This document shows, in pieces, positions 1-8,743 of a stretch of DNA of 64,000 nucleotides (its first letter is position 1; each line of letters opens with the position of its first letter). The notes below the pieces were generated by a model that was not told the DNA's origin, ran no database searches, and saw only the letters and a program-made list of their open reading frames with translations. The stretch is from a virus, in the IMG/VR virus record IMGVR_UViG_3300010885_014582, positions 1 through 64,000 of that record, one strand, 5' to 3'. Made by a program: the position numbers and the translations under genes.

Positions 1-25
1 ACCAGAACTACTGAAAGAGTTCTCT

Positions 26-316
26 GTGGAGATCACAGAGGAGTGGGAAGTAGAAGATGCAGGTGTCGGGTTCTCAGCAATCATCTTTGGAGATAACAAC
101 TCCTCGGTGGCTGTAGAGAACGACGGAAACGGTGGCTGTAACAGGTACCTAACCTTCGACACCCATGGCGAAGACCTCTTAGAACGCTTCTCAGAGGCAT
201 CTAAAAAGGCATACTCAGCAGAAACGCTCGATCCTATGGATATGGCAACCTGCTGGGTCGAACTGCGTGACTTAACAGACGATCGCTTAGTACAAATAAT
301 CAAATCAAAGTTGTGA
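26..316 (+). CDS. hypothetical phage protein (may extend 5' beyond the window)
   Basis: ORF containing VENDGNGGCN; same strand as the next two genes. Confidence 0.5.
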   Translation: MEITEEWEVEDAGVGFSAIIFGDNNSSVAVENDGNGGCNRYLTFDTHGEDLLERFSEASKKAYSAETLDPMDMATCWVELRDLTDDRLVQIIKSKL

Positions 317-398
317 TTGTTAATCCACACCGTTAACTTAAATGGTGTGGAACAATCCACCACAATCCACAAACAAACCAACCAAAGGAGACATACCA

Positions 399-1445
399 AT
401 GTCAAAAGAAACAGACCTAGTTCTCAATAGAGACCAAGTCATCGGGTACACCGATCCCATCTACGGGCGTGGCAACGCATGGCATGACAACCCAACACTG
501 CGTGAAACACTCGGTCTTGAGAACAACCACTACCCACATGCAATCCCAGTAGACGATGTGCTCCGTCGCCTCTTCTTCTGGAATGCCATCGAAGCAGGAA
601 GCGCCATCAAGTTCCCTAACGGTGACGGCACCTCACGCTACATCGATGACCCAACCCGTAAGTCCATTGTTCGCAGTGACGACCCAAGCGTTGTGTTCTC
701 AGTGTTCAAGGCTGGCTACCAAGTACACCAGTACGAAGAATGGCTTCTCAAGAATGTTGCCAACATCATCGATGACTCCGATCTTGCTATCGGTACTGCT
801 GGCTTGCTCCGTCGTGGTGGCAAGGCATATGTGACCATCGAGTTGCCAGAGACAGTGAAGACTCCATCTGGCTTCAACATTCGCCCACACTTGCTGGCTT
901 GCACATCTCATGACGGCACGCTGTCAACCACCTACCAGTTGGTCTCGACCATCGTGGTGTGTGACAACACACTTGCAGGAGCGCTTGGTGAGAACACCCC
1001 AACACACAAAGTGCGTCACTCGAAGCACTCGATCGACAAGATCCAGAGCGTGCGTGATGCCCTTACCTTGGTGCATGAGTACACCGATGAATTAACTATT
1101 GAGTTGGAGCGCCTGTCATTGCAAGTAGTGACTGACAATCAGTTCAAGTTGATCGTCGACCGCTTGGTTCCACCATCCATCGAAGTGGGTGTGCGCCCTC
1201 AGGTTCAGGCTCGTATCAACAACAAGCAGGAACTGGTCAACCACATCTACAAGAACGACCCTCGTGTCTCTCCGTGGACTGGAACAGCACTGGGAGTACT
1301 TCAGGCATGGAACACCTACAACCATTGGTTCGCTGGTACGGACACAAACCGTGCGGAGCGCAACAAGTTGAATGGTGTCCTTGGTAAGACACAAGACAGC
1401 GACCGCCAAGTGTTGGACGCCATCAAGCAAGTGGTGTTTGTCTGA
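399..1445 (+). CDS. DUF932/DUF945-family phage/plasmid protein
   Basis: AWH...GTAGLLRRGGK...LLACTSHDG...VVCDNTL...RHS pattern; AAGGAG RBS before ATG at 399. Confidence 0.8.
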   Translation: MSKETDLVLNRDQVIGYTDPIYGRGNAWHDNPTLRETLGLENNHYPHAIPVDDVLRRLFFWNAIEAGSAIKFPNGDGTSRYIDDPTRKSIVRSDDPSVVFSVFKAGYQVHQYEEWLLKNVANIIDDSDLAIGTAGLLRRGGKAYVTIELPETVKTPSGFNIRPHLLACTSHDGTLSTTYQLVSTIVVCDNTLAGALGENTPTHKVRHSKHSIDKIQSVRDALTLVHEYTDELTIELERLSLQVVTDNQFKLIVDRLVPPSIEVGVRPQVQARINNKQELVNHIYKNDPRVSPWTGTALGVLQAWNTYNHWFAGTDTNRAERNKLNGVLGKTQDSDRQVLDAIKQVVFV

Positions 1446-1798
1446 TGACTAGAAGTGGTGTGATGGGGGAGGAGGACAACTCCCCCATCGACCACAACCT
1501 TGAGAGGCTCCCATACCTACTGAATGAGGACAACGGTAGATGGAGGGATAAGGCAAAGTGCAAAGGTCAACCTGAGTTACTGCCACTGTTCTTCACTGAG
1601 TACCCTGCAACCATCTTGTACAAGCGAGTAGACATGGTCGCTGAGGCGAAAGTTTACTGTGACCAGTGTTCAGTGCGTAAGGAATGCTTTGCTTTTGCCA
1701 AGTCCAATAACATCCAGCATGGTGTCTGGGGTGGCATTGACTTCTTCACTTCCACCAATGGAACGATCAAGCATGTGATACCCGACTCCATTGATTAA
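1445..1798 (+). CDS. whiB: WhiB-family Fe-S transcription factor
   Basis: WRDKAKC...FF...AKVYCDQCSVRKEC...HGVWGG. Confidence 0.9.
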   Translation: MTRSGVMGEEDNSPIDHNLERLPYLLNEDNGRWRDKAKCKGQPELLPLFFTEYPATILYKRVDMVAEAKVYCDQCSVRKECFAFAKSNNIQHGVWGGIDFFTSTNGTIKHVIPDSID

Positions 1799-1800
1799 AG

Positions 1801-1838
1801 AAGAAGCCCCCTACCTATTCGGTGGGGGGCTTTTCTTT
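1801..1838. terminator. probable bidirectional intrinsic terminator between convergent units
   Basis: AAGCCCCCTACC-TATTC-GGTGGGGGGCTT hairpin followed by TTCTTT; A-rich on the other side. Confidence 0.75.
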
Positions 1839-1970
1839 GTCCTCGATGAGAGGCATTGTGCGGTTCTTGTTGGCATGCCGTGGGCATGTATGTGTAGGTA
1901 GTTGCACTAACTCAACACCAACTTCGATCGACTGACGACAGTCAGGGCATTGATACTTCTTGCTCTTCAT
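1815..1970 (-). CDS. small zinc-ribbon-like protein (51 aa, not in ORF track)
   Basis: hand translation MKSKKYQCPDCRQSIEV...HTCPRH... Confidence 0.5.
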   Translation of the reverse strand: MKSKKYQCPDCRQSIEVGVELVQLPTHTCPRHANKNRTMPLIEDKEKPPTE

Positions 1971-2175
1971 CTGGTAGTACCTTCCATGGTCTCCACTGCG
2001 TTAGAAACTCTATGATATCTGATTTGTCCCATAATGGTGTCGACGCAAGAACAGCAACTGGTTCTGGAAAGTCCACCATCTTGCGTAGTGAATGAATCCG
2101 TTGCTTGCTCACACTGAGTACCTGTGCTACTTCAGAGGTGCCCAGAATGTCTGAGATGCGTATTGAATCGCTCAT
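1942..2175 (-). CDS. AlpA/excisionase-like HTH DNA-binding protein
   Basis: ILGTSEVAQVLSVSKQRIHSLR...FPEPVA...PLW. Confidence 0.75.
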   Translation of the reverse strand: MSDSIRISDILGTSEVAQVLSVSKQRIHSLRKMVDFPEPVAVLASTPLWDKSDIIEFLTQWRPWKVLPDEEQEVSMP

Positions 2176-2771
2176 GGCTTAGGTCGTGTCTTCATGTACT
2201 CAATCATACCAACCTCTGTGAAGCGCACATGATTAGGTCGGCGTGTCTTCCAGTTCACACAATTCTTTCCCCAGTTACTTGAACTGCGCCATCCGATAGC
2301 GGGGCGGAAGAACGGGCGGTTGTTCAACTTGTCGTCAAGTGTTCTAAACACATTCTTGGTTTGGAATCCAAAGAACGCTAAACGATTAGCAACAATGATT
2401 TGCTCTTCTTTGGTTGCTCCCTTAGGTGATCGTGAGAACTCTCTGCCTCCAAAGCCTTCCCACGCTGATTGCGCCATACCAAGTCCACCTGCGTAGTAAC
2501 CACTGTTCTTCCAGTCGTGGTTGGTCTCACACCATGAGACTGCTTCCCAGAATTTAATGGAGCCACCTTTGTGTGACCGCAACTGTGCGACAAGTTCAGG
2601 GTGCATCGTGTTGATTGTCATCACATGCACATTGTGCTTTACAGCAGGGCTAACTACTGGTGCATCCGTTGGTGTAACCATTACCTCCTTTGGTGCGTTA
2701 TTTGGTTCGTTGATTAAACCAATGGCGGACAATGAAAGTGTGGCGATTAAACCAAGGCGTGCTAACAGCAA
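2172..2771 (-). CDS. secreted resuscitation-promoting-factor (Rpf)-like lytic transglycosylase
   Basis: WEAVSWCET...W...GYYAGGLG...W..FGG...ATKEEQIIVANRL matches the Rpf domain with catalytic Glu; hydrophobic N-terminus; GAGGAG RBS 6 nt before TTG at 2771. Confidence 0.85.
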   Translation of the reverse strand: MLLARLGLIATLSLSAIGLINEPNNAPKEVMVTPTDAPVVSPAVKHNVHVMTINTMHPELVAQLRSHKGGSIKFWEAVSWCETNHDWKNSGYYAGGLGMAQSAWEGFGGREFSRSPKGATKEEQIIVANRLAFFGFQTKNVFRTLDDKLNNRPFFRPAIGWRSSSNWGKNCVNWKTRRPNHVRFTEVGMIEYMKTRPKP

Positions 2772-2790
2772 AGAATGCTCCTCTGTAGGC

Positions 2791-2871
2791 GGATATAACA
2801 AGAGACCCACACCAAGAGAGCACTAGGTGCTCAGGGGTAAAGCCTTGGTATGGGTCTCTGTATCCAGTCTA
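2791..2871 (-). promoter_or_regulatory. promoter (-10 TAGACT) and structured 5' leader of the Rpf-like gene
   Basis: 16-bp stem 2801-2816/2844-2859 enclosing a 6-bp hairpin 2818-2832. Confidence 0.6.
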
Positions 2872-2878
2872 TAGGGGA

Positions 2879-3283
2879 TCAGTAGAGAAGATCAAACATC
2901 ACAGTTGATATATCTCCTACTTCTTCATTCATGTACGGGATACTCGACATATTCAGATTTACATTCAGCAATTGATCTTTGTGTGCTGTGGCGCATAAAT
3001 CACATAAGCACCCTTGTCGGTACCTAATCCATGATCCATGGGACTTCAGCAGTGATTGTTTGTTGCTGGTGACTCCCTGACGATCCTTAGGAGTTAGACC
3101 GCCCCACATGCCCCACTTCTCGTCTATACCGTCCTTGAGGCACCTCTCCCACACTGGGCAGGTCTTACAGACCTCCCTAGCGACTGAGTAATACTGCTCA
3201 GGAGCGTCTGCATCGATTGGTGGGAACCAAAAGACATTGTTTCGTTTAAGGCAAAGAGCCTGCCTACGCCATTCTGAATACAT
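2879..3283 (-). CDS. whiB: WhiB-family protein with extra C-terminal Cys/His motif
   Basis: WRRQALC...AREVCKTCPVWERC...WGMWGGLT; C-terminal HGSWIRYRQGCLCDLC; start reassigned to ATG 3283. Confidence 0.88.
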   Translation of the reverse strand: MYSEWRRQALCLKRNNVFWFPPIDADAPEQYYSVAREVCKTCPVWERCLKDGIDEKWGMWGGLTPKDRQGVTSNKQSLLKSHGSWIRYRQGCLCDLCATAHKDQLLNVNLNMSSIPYMNEEVGDISTVMFDLLY

Positions 3284-3344
3284 ACATTCTCCAAATAGAA
3301 AGTGAGGTTGTGTTATGACACACGCCCCAGATAAGGTTGCCACT

Positions 3345-3734
3345 ATGGCAATCAACACCAAGACCGACCGCTCTGCGGAGGTCACCCAGTCCCTGTCCAC
3401 CCTTGTCGACGAGCGTCTTCGCTTGAAGGCGGAACTTGACGAACTTACCGATCGTCTTAAAGCGTTCGATGAAGTTGTCATCGCATGCTTCCAGTCGGGA
3501 GGCATTACCAAGGTCGAGACCGACAATGGAAAACTGAGCCTTGTTCAGTCCAACACTGTCCAATGGAACGATGAAGTCTTGAAAGGTCTCATCACTACAG
3601 CACAGTGGAACCGCATCACGGTTCGCAAGATTGACAAGGTTCGACTTGAAGCCGAACTGGTGGTTGGTCGAATTGACGCTGATGAGGTCGAAGTAGCGAA
3701 GTCGGTTAAACAATCTAAACCGTTCCTTCGCTGA
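3345..3734 (+). CDS. hypothetical coiled-coil protein (Gam/gp157-like architecture)
   Basis: N-terminal coiled coil followed by beta-like segment; TAAGGT-N7-ATG leaderless start. Confidence 0.5.
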   Translation: MAINTKTDRSAEVTQSLSTLVDERLRLKAELDELTDRLKAFDEVVIACFQSGGITKVETDNGKLSLVQSNTVQWNDEVLKGLITTAQWNRITVRKIDKVRLEAELVVGRIDADEVEVAKSVKQSKPFLR

Positions 3735-3736
3735 TC

Positions 3737-3937
3737 TCATAGGTCAGTCATATGGCTTTCGTAATCGGTCTCCTGCACCTTCATAATGTGGAGGTGTCGG
3801 GAGACTGTTGCGTTGGCGCTGTCAAGCGCATCAAGTACCAGAGCAATGCTCTCGGTTAAACGATTCTTTAATAGTTCAATCTCTGCCTGAAGTTTTTGAT
3901 TCTCTGCTTCAAGTTCTTTGATGGTGACCCTAGCCAT
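3737..3937 (-). CDS. small coiled-coil hypothetical protein
   Basis: heptad pattern; overlaps upstream gene. Confidence 0.55.
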   Translation of the reverse strand: MARVTIKELEAENQKLQAEIELLKNRLTESIALVLDALDSANATVSRHLHIMKVQETDYESHMTDL

Positions 3938-4235
3938 TCTGGCGCTCTACGCAATCCCAACCACAGGCTGTGTAACCAGCAAGGTCTGCCCAATGGTCAC
4001 GCTTGTTGGGAGACCATGACATGCGAGCGATCTTGAGAAGGCTCATAAGGATCGCTACATCATGTGCTTGAAGGTTAAGACCATCTCTTGCAGTGATCGT
4101 GCGAGCAAGATATGTCTGCCACAACGACGCTGTGGTGCTGAAGTCATCCAGTGGGTCTCCGTAGTCGTTGTTCCTGTCCCCATTAATAAGTTCAATTGCT
4201 TCTTCTAGGATGTCTGTTCTGAAGTTATCAGCCAT
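3930..4235 (-). CDS. DUF6378-like phage protein
   Basis: ILEEA..LINGDR..DYGDP...F...A.LW..YL...DVA.LM.LLKIAR...D.W.DLAGY. Confidence 0.75.
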   Translation of the reverse strand: MADNFRTDILEEAIELINGDRNNDYGDPLDDFSTTASLWQTYLARTITARDGLNLQAHDVAILMSLLKIARMSWSPNKRDHWADLAGYTACGWDCVERQNG

Positions 4236-4833
4236 TGTTCAACTCCATCATGCTGTACTTGGTCTCATTGTTGTAGTAATGGTTGTGCACCCTGATGACC
4301 TCAGCAAACTCTGGAAGAGCCTGTACTCGTCGTCCCAGATAACCTCTGTTCCAATGCTGTGTGTACATGTAAGCGTGCACGCCGTAGTTCTTGTACTCGG
4401 CGTACTGCTCGTAGTGGTCATCGATTGAGGCGCACTCATCCAGTGAGATGGCTGTGATGATCTCTGCTTTCTGACCACTGAAGTGAAGCGTGTCAGGGAT
4501 GAGGCGATAGCGCTCCAACCATTTGACAGTCTGACCATACGCTGATGGTGACCTGTGCGTGATGACATGTATACGCAACCCTTGGTCACGGAGAGCCTGC
4601 CAGCCAACCATGGTCTTTGGTATTGGTGCTTCGTCGTTAAAGATCTCACGCTCGTAGGTCAACTTGTCCAGAGTGTCATAGAACTCGTCGGCGGTCATTC
4701 CCCACTCAGCAAAGAACTCCCAATTGGTTGGGGTCGAGAACTGTTTGTTGTAGTACTCCGAGAAGTGCTTAGTTACGACAGATGAAAAGTCAAACAAGAC
4801 TCCATCAATGTCTACTGCTACATCGGTAATCAT
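4228..4833 (-). CDS. HAD-superfamily 5'(3')-deoxyribonucleotidase-like protein
   Basis: motif I VAVDIDGVL, motif II VITHR, motif IV IDD. Confidence 0.8.
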   Translation of the reverse strand: MITDVAVDIDGVLFDFSSVVTKHFSEYYNKQFSTPTNWEFFAEWGMTADEFYDTLDKLTYEREIFNDEAPIPKTMVGWQALRDQGLRIHVITHRSPSAYGQTVKWLERYRLIPDTLHFSGQKAEIITAISLDECASIDDHYEQYAEYKNYGVHAYMYTQHWNRGYLGRRVQALPEFAEVIRVHNHYYNNETKYSMMELNNG

Positions 4834-5063
4834 TTGTTGAGAGCCTCTACTATTTGTTGTGCTTCCCATTGGGTGACGCATTCACAGACAAAGTCGTAGT
4901 TCAAAGAACCAAGGCGGTGTGATCGAGCAACAATGTAGTTGTCAGAGGAGATCTGGACAATGGCGTAGTCAACCTCTACTGGTGCTGGTGGCACATATCC
5001 TTTTTTACTAATGTTCTTGCTGAGGGCACGATTGTATGCGCCTTCCATCTCTTGATGATCCAT
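4830..5063 (-). CDS. hypothetical protein
   Basis: ORF with AGGAG upstream; coupled to next gene. Confidence 0.55.
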   Translation of the reverse strand: MDHQEMEGAYNRALSKNISKKGYVPPAPVEVDYAIVQISSDNYIVARSHRLGSLNYDFVCECVTQWEAQQIVEALNK

Positions 5064-5113
5064 CTAGTGCTCCTTCGATTAACGGCTGATTCTAGCCGTA
5101 TAAAGGATACCTG

Positions 5114-6553
5114 TCAACTACCCTCTTCAGACAAATCAATTATGTCTGCGTACATGGCGTTAGCACCGTTCTGGTCGAGACCACCATTGGGCAACATGCG
5201 TGCCTGCTCACCAGCCTTCGAACCAAACAACCGAGACAACACGCCACTGGAACCACGGGCTTCAACCTCGAAGCGGACTAGGTCACGGTTGTCGTTGATG
5301 TTCTTGAAGCGCTCTACCAGACTGAACAAGCGATCGATCTCACCAGACAGTGACGAGTCAAGACCCTGTCCTTCAAGTTCTTCAGCAAACCTAGCGAACA
5401 TCACACGACCTACTTGCATCTCTACAAGAGCACGCATTGCGGACTGAAGTTGATCCTTTGTGCGGATCTCAATCGGCAGAGAAAACGCACAGTCAGAATT
5501 TTCTTCAAATTGCGGACAACGGCTTGCCAAGTAACAATGATTGCACTGCCGTAAAGGGTTAGCGTTATAGCGCAAAACAGGCACTTGTTCGGGGTCAATT
5601 TCAATAGATTCCCCTTGTGCATCAACGGTTTGCGTGCCCATAGAGGTTATGTTCTCGATACCCATAATTGGTAGCAATGTTTTTTCATTGGCGTGCCGCC
5701 TCTTGGGGGGGTCAGTAACAATGTTTGGTACCCTCGGTGCCACACTTGGGGCATTATCGTTACCCCCTGGAATCATTATGATTGAGTTGTCATTATCGAG
5801 TGTGAACTCTTCCTCGTCATCGACATTCATAAGGTCATAGCCCCCAAAATTCTTGGTCTCCCATGCTCTCCACGATTGGATAGCAAGGTGTGCAACGGCG
5901 TTAACTTCGTCGTTGATGACAGCATCGTAGTCGACACCAAGGCGCTGTATATCTGCCCTGTGTCTCTTACGAACGCTGTCCTTTTGTTGTGCTGGGTATC
6001 TGTGTAGGGCGTGACCATCCCATACCTGTGTCTCTCCGTAACGGACAGCACTAGACCATGAAACTACAACTACTGCTTCCCAACCAACACGCTCGATGAC
6101 ATCTGGCTTGGATGTAAGACCAATGAGGTTAGTTCCCCAGCGCATAGCAATCTGCCCAATACGAGCAATGTTGCGACCTGTGATGGCTCGGTCACTAATG
6201 GCTACTCGACCGTACTTCTGGCACAGCCATGTCAAGCGCTCTAGGTCATCAGCGTCATTCCAGATGGGGACATACTTGTCTCCCATCCATGTACCGTCGT
6301 AGTCTGGTCTACCAATCACATAAGTTAAACTATCAATGTGCTCACGCACAAAAGAGTCGTACCGAGATAGGTCTTCATCGTTCTCTGAGACATACAGGAT
6401 GATCTCATTACCTTGGTACACAGCCGACAGGTCAATGACCTTGCGCTTGGGTACTGCGTAGTGAGTCAGGTTTATAGCAAAGCGTGTAACTCCTGCGCTA
6501 AGTAGCAACGAGCGGTAAGAACCTTTCTCGGCTCCACCAAAATATACTTTCAA
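5114..6553 (-). CDS. hypothetical protein: possible degenerate TGT-like barrel plus Cys4 cluster
   Basis: MKVYFGG start, SWSSAVRYG segment, C-terminal CNHCYLASRCP...C. Confidence 0.5.
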   Translation of the reverse strand: MKVYFGGAEKGSYRSLLLSAGVTRFAINLTHYAVPKRKVIDLSAVYQGNEIILYVSENDEDLSRYDSFVREHIDSLTYVIGRPDYDGTWMGDKYVPIWNDADDLERLTWLCQKYGRVAISDRAITGRNIARIGQIAMRWGTNLIGLTSKPDVIERVGWEAVVVVSWSSAVRYGETQVWDGHALHRYPAQQKDSVRKRHRADIQRLGVDYDAVINDEVNAVAHLAIQSWRAWETKNFGGYDLMNVDDEEEFTLDNDNSIIMIPGGNDNAPSVAPRVPNIVTDPPKRRHANEKTLLPIMGIENITSMGTQTVDAQGESIEIDPEQVPVLRYNANPLRQCNHCYLASRCPQFEENSDCAFSLPIEIRTKDQLQSAMRALVEMQVGRVMFARFAEELEGQGLDSSLSGEIDRLFSLVERFKNINDNRDLVRFEVEARGSSGVLSRLFGSKAGEQARMLPNGGLDQNGANAMYADIIDLSEEGS

Positions 6554-6732
6554 TCTGTTTCCTGTTTCTTCACATGTGGTCTGATCTTCGCTAAGGAAGA
6601 GTCCAAGTAGTCCAAAGCCTGTGAGCCATCTTCTACAGGTAAGTCTTTCTCTTGTATTGCTTTTCGCAAAAGAGATTGAGCAACAATTATTGCTATACGA
6701 ACCTGATTAATAAATGGCGAACGGCTTGGCAT
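6550..6732 (-). CDS. hypothetical protein
   Basis: ORF fills the gap, RBS present. Confidence 0.5.
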   Translation of the reverse strand: MPSRSPFINQVRIAIIVAQSLLRKAIQEKDLPVEDGSQALDYLDSSLAKIRPHVKKQETD

Positions 6733-6739
6733 GACATAC

Positions 6740-7012
6740 TCATTCCTCTGAAGATTGATTCCTCATATTGTAGGGCTTTCTCCATACTGATGGAGAGTGA
6801 GCCTCTTCTATCTCAAGTCGATGTTCTTCGTCTTCATACAAACGGATGATGTGCATGCAAGGAGGCTCACCATTGGCTTCTTCCTCGATCCATTCATTTT
6901 CCGACATGGGCAACCCATCATGTACATAACAAATAGGAGGTCCACACCATCCTTGTTCTAATCCAATTTCCAACCATGTATCAAAGTCAATGTCATTCAT
7001 AGGGTCAATCAT
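6740..7012 (-). CDS. hypothetical protein
   Basis: FDTWLEIGLEQGWCGPPIC..HDG.P; start reassigned to 7012 to avoid a long overlap. Confidence 0.55.
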   Translation of the reverse strand: MIDPMNDIDFDTWLEIGLEQGWCGPPICYVHDGLPMSENEWIEEEANGEPPCMHIIRLYEDEEHRLEIEEAHSPSVWRKPYNMRNQSSEE

Positions 7013-7481
7013 GCCAGCCTCGTTCTGCTTTTGCAAGCGCTTGGGAGTCAATTTCTTTGGAGAGTTCGTCCCATCCTCTGATTGTCTTGGATTCAACCCA
7101 TTCTGGTCGTCCAATTCTTGGTACGGAGACAAGGAGGGATGCAATTCCTTCATGAAGGGTTTTAGCAATGGTGGTTGGATCGTTGTCAACGAACCAGTCA
7201 ACTCGTCCGTATCCTGCTTGGATACTACGAACACGCTCCAGTTTGGCATCGGCAGATGTTTCATCAGTTAAATCAATCGATCCTGCTCTGTAGCCTTCAC
7301 GCTTGAGCCACTCCATAAGTATAGGTGTTTTGTCGGGCTTGATTCCTGTAGCAAGAACGCAGATGCGACCCTGATACTGCGAGAACAACATGTTCCATAG
7401 TTTTCTTCCTTCGTTAAGTGGTTGTCTTGCACCAAGTTCTTCTCCCTCTAATGCAAGTACATCAAAAGTGATGACTATCAC
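7005..7481 (-). CDS. HAD-fold-like protein, apparently lacking the DxD motif
   Basis: VITFDVL start; WFVDND near C-terminus. Confidence 0.45.
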   Translation of the reverse strand: MIVITFDVLALEGEELGARQPLNEGRKLWNMLFSQYQGRICVLATGIKPDKTPILMEWLKREGYRAGSIDLTDETSADAKLERVRSIQAGYGRVDWFVDNDPTTIAKTLHEGIASLLVSVPRIGRPEWVESKTIRGWDELSKEIDSQALAKAERGWHD

Positions 7482-7945
7482 TTCTTATACAATCCCATTG
7501 CAATGCGCTCTTGCTCTGCAACCCACGATCCAACAGGGCAATACATACAGAGATATTGGCGCTTATCTGGTGCGACACCAATCTTGCGACCAATAGTTTT
7601 TCCTTCGGAGCACCAATCAATGCAACCACCCTTAGGGCGGTCATGCTTGTTGTAGCACTTCAACGCATCGACTTTTAACTCATCTCGGAAGTCACGAATG
7701 TACACATCCATCTCTCCCAACTCATTCTTGAGAAGTGTTTCCATGTCCAGTTTTTCAGCAGTTTCTGGATCGGTACGGAAAATAGATGCACGACAGTTAT
7801 CAGGATCAGGCACCTGTGCATTGTGTCGATTGCAAAGTTCAATTAACTCTTGATCGTATTCTGGAGGTCCGTCATAGGGACGAAGTTTCCACATGACGCC
7901 ATGCGTCTTGCAGACGAGAAGGCGGTCGTAACCAGTTTCAGCCAT
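7478..7945 (-). CDS. Cys-rich hypothetical protein
   Basis: several Cys/His pairs (CKTH, CNRH, CYNKH, CMYC); AGGAG RBS. Confidence 0.6.
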   Translation of the reverse strand: MAETGYDRLLVCKTHGVMWKLRPYDGPPEYDQELIELCNRHNAQVPDPDNCRASIFRTDPETAEKLDMETLLKNELGEMDVYIRDFRDELKVDALKCYNKHDRPKGGCIDWCSEGKTIGRKIGVAPDKRQYLCMYCPVGSWVAEQERIAMGLYKK

Positions 7946-8002
7946 TTTGTACTCCTAATAAGTTTGGATAGTCGTAAAGACTACACCAAAATTAAGAGGT
8001 GA

Positions 8003-8218
8003 TTACATCGATGAAGAATTGTCTGCAATGATAGATGCGTCGTTGTGAACACGGTGTGCTAACTCTCGTGCTCGTGCTGGTGCACCAATGCCACGAAAAG
8101 TTCCCATGTGGGAGTTCTCACGAAACACAGAAGACTTCATACCGCTTGCTTCATGGTCAATTTTAATGTTCTTGTCGGGGTGTCCGTAGGACTCCAACCA
8201 AGGGTACATGTTTGCCAT
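8003..8218 (-). CDS. small hypothetical protein (array member)
   Basis: TAATG-coupled ORF. Confidence 0.55.
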   Translation of the reverse strand: MANMYPWLESYGHPDKNIKIDHEASGMKSSVFRENSHMGTFRGIGAPARARELAHRVHNDASIIADNSSSM

Positions 8219-8424
8219 TACAGCCCAGAGTCTGCCAGTGGGTGGCGGTCAGTGAAACTGTAAACCTCACCAGTTGGGAACTGAGACTTAGTTACTTGCT
8301 GGCGCAAGGTTGCTGAAGTTGGGTCAACCTCTCCACCACGATCTGGTGTGAGGGACTTGAACTTACCGTCTGTAGCGCCGAGGCGCATATCTCGGTTCAT
8401 TGAGCGGGAATCATTAACTGCCAT
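8218..8424 (-). CDS. small hypothetical protein (array member)
   Basis: ORF; contains VTKSQF. Confidence 0.6.
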   Translation of the reverse strand: MAVNDSRSMNRDMRLGATDGKFKSLTPDRGGEVDPTSATLRQQVTKSQFPTGEVYSFTDRHPLADSGL

Positions 8425-8443
8425 AGTACTTCTATTTTATCAG

Positions 8444-8743
8444 TTAGTTGGTTTGACTGCTGTATGTGTCCCCATTGGGGTTGCCATTTTTTTCGTAACT
8501 GGCTTGAGATGTAACAAAGGCATGACGCCGTGCTTCATTCTGGGCGTTTGCTCCTGAAAAATGACCAACCATTTTTTGACCCTCAAAAACTTGAGATATA
8601 AAACCATTTTCGTGATGACGAATCATAATATCTTGTTGTGGGTGTCCCCAGCGCTGGTTCTGCCATGGGCTTCTTGGCGTTGGTGTTGGATCTCTATGGG
8701 TGTCTCCATTTCCCCAAAGACCGTTTTTCTTATTTTTTCTCAT
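8444..8743 (-). CDS. small hypothetical protein (array member)
   Basis: ORF abutting upstream stop. Confidence 0.55.
   Translation of the reverse strand: MRKNKKNGLWGNGDTHRDPTPTPRSPWQNQRWGHPQQDIMIRHHENGFISQVFEGQKMVGHFSGANAQNEARRHAFVTSQASYEKNGNPNGDTYSSQTN

Noticed and set aside
3284-3526. Long N-terminal extension of the second WhiB in the ORF track
   Set aside because: It overlaps the plus-strand gene antisense; the WhiB domain starts at ATG 3283 after a GGAG RBS.
5114-6553. Functional 7-deazaguanine DNA modification system
   Set aside because: The putative catalytic Asp is absent and no folE/queC/queD/queE genes are seen.
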